From Octopus vulgaris (lineage: Eukaryota), in NCBI GenBank assembly GCA_951406725.2, contig OX597822.1, forward strand, positions 114,886,001-114,950,000: a stretch of DNA of 64,000 nucleotides, given 5' to 3'. Within the stretch, counting starts at the first letter, position 1. Every line of letters begins with the position of its first letter. Under the pieces are notes generated by a model. It saw only the letters and a list, made by a program, of their open reading frames with translations. It was not told the origin of the DNA and did no database searches. Positions 1-11,997 of this stretch are shown here, one piece after another. A program made the position numbers and the translations under genes.

Positions 1-489
1 TTTGTCTCTGTGTGATTCTGTTTCATTTTGCGCTTCGGCTTTGTTTTAGATTTCTTTGGATATTAACCAGATAAAAATCCCAGAGATTTGCTCGTGTGCG
101 CAGCATCAGCAGTTGTAATGTGTTAGTCATTGCTATGATTCATTATGATCTTCAGATGCTTCAACTTGGGTTTCAGACTTGATTTTAGTACGGTGAGAAT
201 TTCACTGGACAACGATGACAAAGATAGTGATGACCATGATGAATGTAACGATAATGCAGATTATTACGATACGGATGGTATTGCTGCTTCCACCTACGGT
301 TGAAGCTAGGGGTTGTTGGTGCTGGCGGCAGCGGTGATGCTGAGGAGGATGATGGCGATGAGTAGAAACGACAGCAATGATAATGATGACGATAATAACG
401 ATGTTGGTGACGATGATGATGAGGTTGATAACGATGAGGACAAAGACGACGAAGAGAAGGCGACGACGATAGATTGATAAATGAAGGGT

Positions 490-802
490 ACATACCCACT
501 TCGGCCAAGGTATTGCACTTGGGAAGTTCCTTTCCGAGGCACAAGTCCGGGCAAGGTTGATTGTGGAAGATCAGCTGGTCAGCCATGCATACCAACCTTC
601 CCTCTCCGCACCACTGATGTTGTCCAAGGGTAAGGCCAAGGCCAATACAGCTTGGCACCATTGAAGTTGCAACTCAATTCTACAGCTGAGTAAAACAAAG
701 TGTTTTGCTCTGAAACACAATGCACGGCCCGGTCCGAAAATCGAACTCACAATCTCGCGATTGTAAGCCCGACGCTCTGACCATTGAGCCATACGCCCTC
801 AC
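490..802 (-). mobile_element. tRNA-derived SINE, family A (CORE-like central domain)
   Basis: Minus strand begins with a tRNA-like head (A box TGGCTCAATGG, B box GAGTTCGAT) followed by a body homologous to 24030-24355. Confidence 0.8.
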
Positions 803-1103
803 ATGATAGATGGATGTATCATATATTATCAAACATAACATTCAGCAAAAAAAAACAAAAAAATAAAAAAACAACGGTAAAGGGTTCAGTCCTTTACAGG
901 AGGAAATATTGTTCTGGCATCAAAAGGATTTGATCTCGGAAATACAAACGACAACAAAACTCCTACTGTTTAACCGATTAACATAAGCATGCTGTCAACG
1001 ATCGCTGTTTAGAAAGTAAGACACGTAAGAGAGTCATTTATATAGAATTGATTCATACCGTCACATGCACGCACACACACATACACCACATATTCACAAA
1101 TGC

Positions 1104-1137
<34 letters not shown>

Positions 1138-1314
1138 CCAATCGTGCGCAGACGCAGAGAGACACGCGTCTATTCATACATTTAAATATCATCATCGTCC
1201 TTGTCGTCGTTTTTACCGCCTCCTCCTGCCGTCATAATCATCATCATCATCATCATCATAACCACCATCATTATTACCAGTATCATCACCAGCGCCATGA
1301 TCATCATTTCAGAA

Positions 1315-1497
1315 TCGGTTTCAAATTTTGGCAGAAGGCAGCATGTTTGGAGGAGGGGATCAGTCGATTAAATTGACCCCAGTGTTCAACTGGTACTTAT
1401 TTTATCGACCCCGAAAGGAAGAAAGGTAAAGTTGACCACGGCGGAATTTGAACACAGGACGTATAGACCGACGAAACGCGTGCTAACGATTCCGCCT
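1315..1497 (-). mobile_element. tRNA-derived SINE, family B, degenerate copy
   Basis: Contains the diagnostic ctggtacttattttatcgaccccgaaagg...ggcggaatttgaac block shared with more than 15 other copies in the window. Confidence 0.85.
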
Positions 1498-2291
1498 CTT
1501 GATCCTCATTGTCATCAACATGACCTCACCCATCATCGCCGTCATCATCGCCATAACAAACACTACTATCATTTCACTTCTCCTCATCGTCGCTATAATC
1601 ATCATCATCATCGTCATTATCATCATTATCATCATCGCCGCCGCTACCGCCGTCGCTGTCGTTGTCATCGACCACTACCATCACAACCATCATGGTTACC
1701 ATGTCCAGTACCACCAAGATCACCACCACACCACCACCACCACCACCACCAACAACAACAACAATATCACCACAACCATGAAGACCACCACCACCACCAT
1801 CACTACCACCACTATAATCATTTCGACAATCATTATCAGCATCATCACCATTATCATTGTTATGATTGACATTAAACAGGTAATATCACGATGACATCCC
1901 ACACCACTATCATCATCACCACCACATTTTCCTCCTCTCCTCCTTGTAGTTAACATCATCATCTTACCATCAACAGCAGCCACAGCAGCAGCATCAACGG
2001 TAACAGAGGCAGGAGCACCAGTAACATCAGAAACAGACCTGATACAGCTTCTGCTGGAGAATAATCTAGATATAACAGGAAAATGAAGACGACGCAGAGT
2101 TTCTCTGACTCCTAAGTTGACTCTAGACTATATACTCCTTACTAATCTTAACCGAGTACTCCGAGCCATATATACTCGCACTTACATATATTACTAGTTA
2201 TACACGCACGTAGGTTATTTATTTCTCTGTGTCTGATTATTGGATTGTTCTTTTTAACTATATTGTATTTTCATTACTTTTACTCCCACAG

Positions 2292-2350
2292 ATACACAGA
2301 AGGTTGATGTTTCCGTCATCCATAACGTGACCGAAGACAGGCTAGACTAG
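2292..2350 (+). CDS. Possible short terminal coding exon (DTQKVDVSVIHNVTEDRLD*) of an unidentified gene
   Basis: Strong polypyrimidine tract and acceptor ttttcattacttttactcccacag|, open phase-1 frame ending in TAG at 2348-2350, non-repetitive sequence. No homology recognised. Confidence 0.25.
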
Positions 2351-2555
2351 TTTCTGTGTTTACCAGAAACGAAAAATATTGAAGGATATGATAGAAGAAC
2401 ATGTAGACAAACAATAACAAATTTAATTATCTTGGAAGAGGTGCACTTAATTGCCTGCTAAATACATACACAAGCATATAAATACGTATTTATGTATATA
2501 GAAAGCTATCTCCTTCTCTCTCACTGCCACTCGTTCTCTCATTCTCTCTCTCTAT

Positions 2556-2613
<58 letters not shown>

Positions 2614-2933
2614 TATGTACACACACATACATACATAAATACTTATATACACACATTACATGCATACATACATGTATACATACATACTTACATACATACA
2701 TATATGTATACATACATACATAGATACAAACATACATACATTACATGTATACACTCCCATATAGACACGTTAATGGGGAACGAGAACATGACTCCTCAAC
2801 GACCGATTGAAAGGCGCAGAGTCTTTCCAACTGTAGTTCAACATATTGAATAAATTCATTTTATGACTTTTATTATACATCCTGACCACTGGTAATAAAT
2901 TACTTGATAATTTTTTCCTCTTATATTTATCGT

Positions 2934-2984
<51 letters not shown>

Positions 2985-3009
2985 GTGTGACACACACATA
3001 CATAAATTT

Positions 3010-3370
3010 TGACGTTGATGGTTAGTAAGCCGAAACTTGAAGTCACTGCCAATATTTACCCCCTTTCAGAGCAACACTGAGAGACACTATTCACTCTCAC
3101 TTAGAGATGATGGAACTAAACTTGCTAAGAAAATAGGCATTAAAACACAAAGGGAAGCGAAATGAAACGGCATTGCTCATGTCAAAATACTACCATATAT
3201 GTCAACTCACAACCCTAGAAATAATGAGACATATTACACTATTGTACAAAATCTACCAAAGCTCCCTAGGGATTCAGAAGTGCAAAGCAAACTGGAAACA
3301 CATAAAGTCATCAAATGCAAAAAACAACCCAAATAGCTGAAAAGACTACTAACAAATGCAAAGATTCAAT
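3010..3370 (+). mobile_element. Penelope-like element fragment (RT-endonuclease linker) preceded by a degenerate hammerhead remnant
   Basis: About 3180-3365 translates KILPYMSTHNPRNNETYYTIVQNLPKL...HKVIKCKKQPK*LKRLLTNAK, typical of the PLE linker. gccgaaacttgaagtc at 3029-3044 resembles the 3' half of a hammerhead. Flanked by (TA)n. Confidence 0.65.
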
Positions 3371-3682
3371 ATATTTCATATATATATATATATATATATA
3401 CAAAATATTGGGGCTTAGTTCACAGGTGATCTAAACGACAAGGTACGCTGGGTAAGTGCTGCAACGGATTACCAGGGCTCCGAGATCATAGCCGAGACGG
3501 GAGTTATGGAACCATTATAGATTTCCGATGTAGCGGATATATAATTGTTAAAGACGACAACAAACGCTAAGGCAAGGCATACATCTCGAGTCATATATGT
3601 TCTTATTATTGGAAAAAAGTTTCCAGATGGTTCCAATAATAATAACGTATATAATTTGAGATGTTTGTTGTTCTCTTTAACA

Positions 3683-3842
3683 ATTTTCGTCTGCCGCTAC
3701 GTTGTGAGTTTAAATTCCGTCGAAGTCGACTTTGCCTTTCATCCTTTCGGGGTCGATAAATTAAGTACCAGTTGAGTAGTGGGGTCGATGTGCTCGACTT
3801 ACCCAAATCTCAGCCCTTGTGCCTATAGTTGAAAGGATTATT
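3683..3842 (+). mobile_element. SINE family B, 5'-truncated
   Basis: gtcgactttgcctttcatcctttcggggtcgataaattaagtaccag core. Confidence 0.85.
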
Positions 3843-3943
3843 AAAGTAAGCAGTTAAGTTTTATAGGCAGCATCTGTAGGGGACCATATGTGTGTGTGTG
3901 TATCTCTGTGTCTTCTTGTGTCCGTTGTGTGTGTGTAAGGAGA

Positions 3944-3992
<49 letters not shown>

Positions 3993-4280
3993 AAAACAAG
4001 TAGTGTTACGTTGACCTCAGTAATTGTTTGTAAAATTGATGTAATCAGTAATTGATAAGCTACACAGCTGTCATGCTCTCCATGTTTTTGTCTCCGGTCA
4101 TCAACCTGTGATCAACAATGTCATCATTTCTACTATTACAAACACATTATACTGCAAGTCTTCACTCACTGCTCATTGTCATATTGCTTTATGGCTTTAC
4201 TTGTTAGCGTCTTGGCTTGTTCATCTTGTGGATTTGTTTTCGTTGACATTGCCTTCGCCTCATTCTCCTTCGTCCGTATC

Positions 4281-4730
<450 letters not shown>

Positions 4731-4837
4731 TGTACATACACATATATATTATATATATATGCATACATATATACCTACTTAAACAATACACACATTATAT
4801 ACGTATTTGTACAAACATATACATGAGTCTCTTTCTT

Positions 4838-4875
<38 letters not shown>

Positions 4876-4904
4876 GTCATCTCCGCTCAGCCACCACCCC
4901 TACA

Positions 4905-5309
4905 GCTTCCATAGAGGCAGATCCACCGGAGATCTACTCTTTTTAGTTCATTTTCCAGTAAACACTCGCTTTGGAAACGTTCGGTGAAATCGAAGTTCTT
5001 GCCCAGAGACATCAACAAACCTTTGACTGTGTCTGGAATTCGAATCTCTTATCAATTCTGCTCCCCTTCGGATTCCACCCATCTATCATCGTTTACGTTG
5101 CTATCTTGCTATCAACTCGTTCCATTACAGCATGTAATCATGGGATTCTTTCTGCCTCCAATCCTCTCAATCAATTCTGTTCAGTTTTGTCACTCATTAC
5201 CTTCTTTCTGTCCACCGAGAATCCACTTACCATCACATCCATCAATGGCTATTCTTACGCAAATGATGATACATTCTTTCATTGCTCCTTAACTTTTTCT
5301 GACATCACA
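4905..5309 (+). mobile_element. Degraded CR1/L2/Jockey-group LINE RT, 5' part
   Basis: Translates RSTGDLL...ETFGEIEVLA..QTFDCVWN.NLL..L..FG....SVLS...YSYANDDT, a decayed form of ALDISKAFDRVWH...GSVLSP...YADD. Confidence 0.7.
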
Positions 5310-6868
5310 TACACATATATACACACACATACACATACGTATTTACGCGACTAGCCTATTTCAGTTTCTATCAACCGTATCCACTTATAAGGCTGTAGTT
5401 GGCCCGGGGCTATAATAGATGACACTTGCTCATGGTGTCATGCAGAGGTAGCGAACCTGGAACCATGTGGCTGGGAAGCATAAAGCATGAGTGTATATAT
5501 ACAGATATATATGTGCGTACGTGTGCTTGCCTTTCTGAATATGGGTGTATGCGAGGATGTATAGACGTGTGTGTGCATGTATAAATGTGTATATATGTGT
5601 TTCAAGGATGCACTATATCTTTCAAACTTTGAAACCAAGCGGAACCCTCTCCCGAATTGAAAACAACCGAAAAACGTATTGAGAAAATGCGTAGGCAAAA
5701 GGGGGAAAAAAAAGGGAAGAGTGACGAGGAAGAATAGGAGGAGTAGAGAAGGTTCCGCCTCCACCATCGCTCCACCGCCGCCACCGACGACGACGATGAT
5801 GAAGAAGAATGGCTGAAACGCAAAGTTTGTTCTTTGGCGGAGTCTGGAGGAAGCGGCAATGCCTGTGACCGTTGTAGGCCTCCCAAGACTGGGGCGTGTT
5901 TGATGTCGTCAAGGTTGTGTTTATGCTGTTACACATCAGTAAGCCACGTGCCTCCACTTTAATGTCGGTCACTCGAGTTGGCTTTCCTTGGATGCGGTCC
6001 AGCATGTCTATGTGTGTAGGAACATCACAGTTTCAGATGATAGAACAGTGATCCACTCTGGGAGCAGTTCACTGCTGCTTTTTAGAGTGTCAGCAGGTTT
6101 GTTGAAATGAAATATTTCTTGGACCTGAAGAGGAGTTCCAGTCTTTGGAGCAAGGCTCCAGATGCTTAAAATATCCTTTTGCCTTGGTGATAGTCAGGCC
6201 CAACATTTGAAGTAATCGTGAAGGATTTGTATGAGTGCCGCTTATGCTTAATAGAGTGTAGCGTAGTGACGTTTTCTTGATACGGTTTAGTGTTTGAGGG
6301 CTTTTCTTTTATTACTATATAGACAAGGCCGGCATACCTCTATTGGAGAAAGCTCTCAAAGTTTCCATTACGAATTCAATGCACTTTCGTTTGTGATGTC
6401 CAGGTGGAGCGATGGTGGAGGCGGAACCTTCTCTACTCCTCCTATTCTTCCTCGTCACTCTTCCCTTTTTTTTTCCCCTTTTGCCTACGCATTTTCTCAA
6501 TACGTTTTTCGGTTGTTTTCAATTCGGGAGAGGGTTCCGCTTGGCTTCAAAGTTTGAAAGATATAGTGCATCCTTGAAACACATATATACACATTTATAC
6601 ATGCACACACACGTCTATACATCCTCGCATACACCCATATTCAGAAAGGCAAGCACACGTGCGCACATATATATCTGTATATATACATTCATGCTTTATG
6701 CTTCCCAGCCACATGGTTCCAGGTTCGCTACCTCTGCATGACACCATGAGCAAGTGTCATCTATTATAGCCCCGGGCCAACTACAGCCTTATAAGTGGAT
6801 ACGGTTGATGGAAACTGAAATAGGCTCGTCGCGTAAATACGTATGTGTATGTGTGTGTATATATGTGT
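5310..6868. repeat. Inverted duplication, arms about 5310-5776 and 6403-6868, spacer about 626 bp
   Basis: The arms are reverse complements with only a handful of mismatches. The ORF track shows near-identical 109-aa translations on opposite strands (5438..5767 minus and 6412..6741 plus). Confidence 0.92.
5900..6402 (-). mobile_element. Degraded LINE RT, 3' continuation of 4905-5309, now inverted
   Basis: Minus strand reads SKKYF...LLTL*KA...DHCSII*...THIDMLDRIQGK, the post-RT region of CR1/L2-type LINEs. Confidence 0.65.
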
Positions 6869-7100
6869 ATGCATGTGTTTGTGTGTGTAACACACACACA
6901 CACATACACACACATACACACACATATGCACGTATGCATGTGTGTGTATCAGTGTTTGGTCTCCAACACCACTTGACAACAGTTTTTAATTCGTTTACGT
7001 CATCGTAATATATCGGTTCACTTGGAAGCAACCGATAAAATAGGTTTAGGGCTTAAAACATAACTACTGGGGCCGATTAGTTTGACTAAAACTTTCATGG
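6700..7100 (+). mobile_element. SINE family C (internal TA/TG microsatellite), diverged
   Basis: ccacatggttccaggttc...gcaagtgtc...ggaaactgaaa, then (TG/CA)n, then cttgacaac...accgataaaatagg. Confidence 0.75.
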
Positions 7101-7457
7101 CAGAAACAGACACACATAAACACGCATAAACAGACACACATATAATCTCTATTTAACACAAGTACATACACACAAGATCCTTTTGCCTCGGTGCTTATTT
7201 GTTCATCTGATTGTCGGTGTCTTTCTGCGCGCGTTTGTTCACTTGCGTGCTTATATATGCACAATTATGTGTATATATATATATACACACATATATATAC
7301 ATGAGTGTATACGCATGTGCACATACATGTATGCCAGCAGGTTTATAACATTCACACTATTGTATTCAGCTTATTTGATAAATATGCTTTTTCGTTTCAA
7401 GAGATGACGAATAATTCAAAAACTTCCTGAAATAACAACAACAACAACAATAATACT

Positions 7458-7492
<35 letters not shown>

Positions 7493-7844
7493 TCATTATT
7501 GTTTTTTTATTTTTCATTTTCTATTTCAAATTTATACATTTTTCTGGCGTTTTTCTTTTTTTGTTTATCATTTCGTTTTAATTTTGTTAAATGTTTAGAT
7601 ACAATTGTTTCTTTTTCTTTTTATTTGTGTCTAAAATGCAATTGTCTTCGTTTATTTCTTTTATTTCACTTTATTATTTGGTTGCTTTATTTGTTTTGTT
7701 CTTTTCTTTTTTACTTTTTGGGCTTTTTGTTTTGTTTCGCTTTTTTTTTTATTTCCACTTTCTGTTTTGAGGTTGTTACGAAACGGTTTTCTCTGTTTCT
7801 TATGTAAATAAGAATAACCAGAGCGTGATTAAACTGGAACAATA

Positions 7845-8289
7845 AGGATGGAGGAGGAGGAGGAGGAGAAGAAGAAGAAGAAGAAGAAGAAGAAGAAGAA
7901 GAAGAAGAAGAAGAAGAAGAAGAAGAAGAAGAAGAAGAAGAAGAAGACGACGATGACGCTAAGTGAGAGGGCGGAGGAGTAGACCAGGGTTTGTGTGGAG
8001 AATGAAAGTTGAGACAGACAGAAAAGAAAGAAAACTTAAAGATTAATGAAAGGAAGAAAGGGTAAAAGTTATGAAAGAAAGAAAGAAAGAAGGAAAGAAA
8101 GAAAGGAAATAAATAACAAAGAAAGAAAGAAAGGAAATGATAAAAGTGAAAGAAATAAAATAAATGTTTAAAAAGTGCGAAAGAAGAAAATAATTAAGAA
8201 AAGCTGCTGCAAGTTTTATAGAAAGTAACTTGAATGAAGTTTTGGAATGAGAGGAATGAAAGAAGTAAAGAAGGGCAGAGAAAGAGTGA

Positions 8290-8338
<49 letters not shown>

Positions 8339-8530
8339 GAAAGACATGATGAAATGAAGAAGAATGAGAGAAACAAAATGAATGAAAGATAGAATGAAAG
8401 AAGGAAAGGATAAATGAAAGAATGGAAGAATGGAAGAGAAGGGAAGAGAAGAAAGAATTAATGAAATAGAAAGAAAAAAACTAACAAACAAACAAAAAAG
8501 AAAGAAAGAAAGAAAGAAAGAAAGAATAAA
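7845..8530. repeat. Polypurine tract with (GAA)n, (GAAA)n and (GA)n
   Basis: Directly visible. Confidence 0.9.
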
Positions 8531-8679
8531 TTAATGAAAGAAAGCTTGATTAATGGAAGTAATCAGGACTGAAAATGCATAGACACAGAGAAACGGAGAG
8601 GAATGATATCAAGTATTCGAGGGTTTAGAGAGATGGAGAGAGAGGAAGAAGGAGATGAACAACATCAACACCGAGAGCA

Positions 8680-9493
8680 ATAACCACCACCACCACCACC
8701 ACCACCACCACCACCACCACCACCACCAACGCCAATACCGTTACCACTAGCACCACCCCCACCATCGCCACCACCACCACCACCACCACCACCACGAATA
8801 TGGAGCAGACAGAAGAATTTGGCAGGCATACAAAACAAACATTGTGATAAGGCTGCCATTAGGCTTGCATGCAGAACTGAGCATTTTTATTCCACACCAC
8901 CCGCCATCCCCCCACCCGCCATCGTCACCTCTACTCCCACCACCATCACCGCCACCATCGCCTCTGCCACAATCAGCACCACCACCTCACTGGCTACCAC
9001 CCTAACAATACTATCACCTACACTTCACCGGCTGTCTTCATTACCTCTGCCATCACCAGTTCCACACTCCCTCCACAGCCACCACAATATCACCATCCAC
9101 CATTAGCAACGCCAGAGCCAGAGCCATCCCCTAGCACTAACACCACAACTTCACCGGTTACCACCAACGCCAATACCACAACTACCACTAGCATCATCAC
9201 AACTACCGTTTCTTTCATCCCTATTAGCACCAGCATCACAACTTCACCGGCTACCACTACTACCAACGCCAATACCACAACTAATACCAACATCACAGTC
9301 TCGCCAGTTGCATCACCACTACCAATTTCACCAGAACTAGCACCAACACCACAACTTCATCAGCCACCACTTCCAACACCATCGCTACCATTTTCCCCAA
9401 TACTACCACCAACTCCAATATCACAACTACCACCTCACTGGCTACCACCACCAATATAATCAACACTACAACTACTACTACTACTACTACTAC

Positions 9494-9525
<32 letters not shown>

Positions 9526-9526
9526 A

Positions 9527-9582
<56 letters not shown>

Positions 9583-9950
9583 AGACTACCACCAGCACCG
9601 GCTACCACCACAGCTACTGCCATATTATCCATCATGTTTCACTGTAACTCTTTCCGCGACCCCTATTTCCACTGCCACCGCAACCATCACCAATTGACAC
9701 TCCACCCCGACATTCACCATCACCACCACCACTACCAGCAACAACACAACCAACACCACCTCAGCCATCACCATCTGGCACTGTACACTGCAGCCCCTAC
9801 AGTCGCCACCACCACCACCACCACCACCACCACTAACGTCTCCGCCATCGTCCCACCATCAAAACCACCATAACCGTCACTATTCGACAATACCCATCAC
9901 AGCCCCTACAGTAATCATCACCACTCCTACCACTACCCACTGCCACGGCT
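8680..9950. repeat. Degenerate (ACC)/(ACT)-derived low-complexity region with a short minisatellite (accacaacttcaccggctaccacc...)
   Basis: Recurring accacaacttcacc and accaacgccaataccacaact motifs. The reading frame is not maintained. Confidence 0.75.
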
Positions 9951-10495
9951 TCCTTCCTCACCGAGACACAAAGTAAGTCAGATGATGTTGGCTGTTCATT
10001 TCCTTATTGAGTTAATACAAACAAGAGAATTTGCCAAAGAGAATGCTTCTTCACCACAATTACAAATCCAGCTAACAACAACAACAACAACAACAACCAC
10101 AAAAATAAATAAATAAATAAACGCCAACAAAGTTACAAAAAGCGGGTGGAGGATAAATATAAATAAAAGAAGGTGAATATAAAAAAAAATCTATAAAACT
10201 AACAAATAATAATCAAAAGAAATCATAAAACTAACGAAATATATCAAAATAAAATGAATCATTCTGCACTGAAAAATTTCAGTTTCTTAAAAATAATAAA
10301 ATATATAAAAATAAAGAAATAAAATTAATTTCTCATTTGATGCTAAACTACTTGGAAATAACGCTTGTTTAGGTGTGTGTCTTAATAATTTCGAATTTCA
10401 GTTTTGTTTATATATTTTAATTTTTTTTATTATTTTCGTGTTTTTTTCCATTCCTTTTTCTCTGCTCTTCCACCCTCGTCTACTTAATTTGTGTA

Positions 10496-10527
<32 letters not shown>

Positions 10528-11044
10528 GTCTTAGTTTGCTTTTATTTGTTCTTATTGTTCTCCTTTCTACAATTTATAAAATTTACACACTTCCTCATTT
10601 CCTCCTCATCTCACGTTCTAAACTGTCCCCTCTTTCTTCTCCACCGCCTACTCCTCCTCCTTGCCTTCTCATCTTTCACCACCCTATGTCATTGGCAAAA
10701 GCTGTTAATTCTACTTATCTAAGGCTTCGAGTTTCGTTTAAGAGATTCCCAAATAGTGCAATGATCGAATGGCTGGACAACGTCCTGCAGTTCTTCATAT
10801 TTCTGTCGTGATTGTTTATCCTCGAAGAAGGCATGCTTCGATCGCGTTATCATTAACTGAATCACTTAACTCTTGTTCGTTAAGACTCTCTGTGATATTC
10901 ATTGACAGTCAACCCCATAATCTATTGGAGTTGTTTCGAACCTCGTAGAAGACTTTCTTTCTGTGTAGTGTCATGTAACTTATCAAACACTGACGAGTGC
11001 TATGCACAATATTTTCACCGTTTACTCACTCTTAAATTTCTACT

Positions 11045-11437
11045 GGAGTGGCTGTGTGGTAAGTAGCTTGCTAACCAACCACATGGTTCCGGGTTCAGTC
11101 CACTGCGTGGCATCTTGGGCAAGTGTCTTCTGCTATAATTCAAGATCCGACATACATGTACCTTGTGACATGGATTTGGTTTCGGAAACTGAAAGAAGCC
11201 TGCCCTATATATTGTATATATATATAAGAGTGTGTGTATATGTTTGTGTGTCTGTGTTTGTCCCTTCAAAGAATTGCTTGACAACCGATGCTGGTGTGTT
11301 TACGTCCCCAACAAGTCACTAGCGGTTCGAACAAAACTGAGACCGATCAGAACAAGTACTGGGCTTGAACAAAACTTGAATAAGTCCCGGATTCGATTTG
11401 CTCATAAAGGCGGTGCTCCAGTTAGACATGGCCTGGA
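11045..11437 (+). mobile_element. SINE family C, near full length
   Basis: ggagtggctgtgtggtaagtagcttgctaaccaaccacatggttccgggttcagtcc head, cttgggcaagt core, internal microsatellite, aaggcggtgctccag tail. Confidence 0.9.
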
Positions 11438-11472
11438 CAATCTCTGGTCGAAATATCTAAGTTTTTATCTAA

Positions 11473-11539
<67 letters not shown>

Positions 11540-11577
11540 CAAATAAGACTGAGAAAGAGCTAAGCACACTTTTAGTA

Positions 11578-11693
11578 CCGGTTACAGTTATTTCAGTTCG
11601 ACTCCGTTTTAACAACTAAAACGAAGATAATTCCGTGTGAAAAGTTACGTAATATTTGCTGGGTTTTACATTAGAAAGTCACTTCATCAGACT
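11578..11693 (-). ncRNA. Hammerhead ribozyme motif (type I, degenerate stem I) in a PLE terminus
   Basis: Minus strand: gt-CTGATGA-agtgactt...gagtcgaact-GAAA-taactg-TA-ac. The fragment ends in (TA)n at 11478-11536. Confidence 0.55.
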
Positions 11694-11820
11694 TGCATGT
11701 ATATATACATGTAGATGTAGGTACGTACATATATGTATGTATATATGCATATGTTTTATCTATTAATTTGTTATTATACAACAGAACGCACGCATCCATT
11801 TCTAAGTAAGTTTGTTCTTT

Positions 11821-11997
11821 ATTTTTTTCCCTCTGTCTTCCTTTCTCTGGATCTTTCCTTCTGCCGACGAAGAGCTCCGCTCGAAACGTTAAACCCACCT
11901 TCTTTCCTTCTTTCCTGAGCGTCCAATAATACTATATTTGTTCCACGTCCTCGCGTCGTTGTGTTTTTTTTTGTGCTTTCTTGTTTGGATTAACTAT
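11821..11997 (+). mobile_element. Short hammerhead-bearing PLE-terminus-like repeat, copy 1
   Basis: Near-identical to 25935-26181, 34112-34320 and 61592-61822. Contains CCGACGA-a-gagctccgctc-GAAACGTT-aaac. Confidence 0.8.

Noticed and set aside
720-802. tRNA gene (also about 24280-24355 and 37900-37970)
   Set aside because: A and B boxes are present but no intact cloverleaf, and each runs into a shared SINE body.
1432-1983. His-rich or Thr/Ile-rich ORFs
   Set aside because: Translations of (CAT)/(CAC) microsatellites, open in several frames and both strands.
5438-6741. Duplicated 109-aa gene pair on opposite strands
   Set aside because: A by-product of the inverted duplication. The sequence is SINE plus low complexity.
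9090-9460. Mucin-like Thr-rich exon
   Set aside because: The frame shifts midway, there are no clear splice sites, and it derives from (ACC)n low-complexity sequence.
10700-10960. Short protein-like frames on both strands
   Set aside because: Under 60 aa, no homology recognised, weak splice signals.
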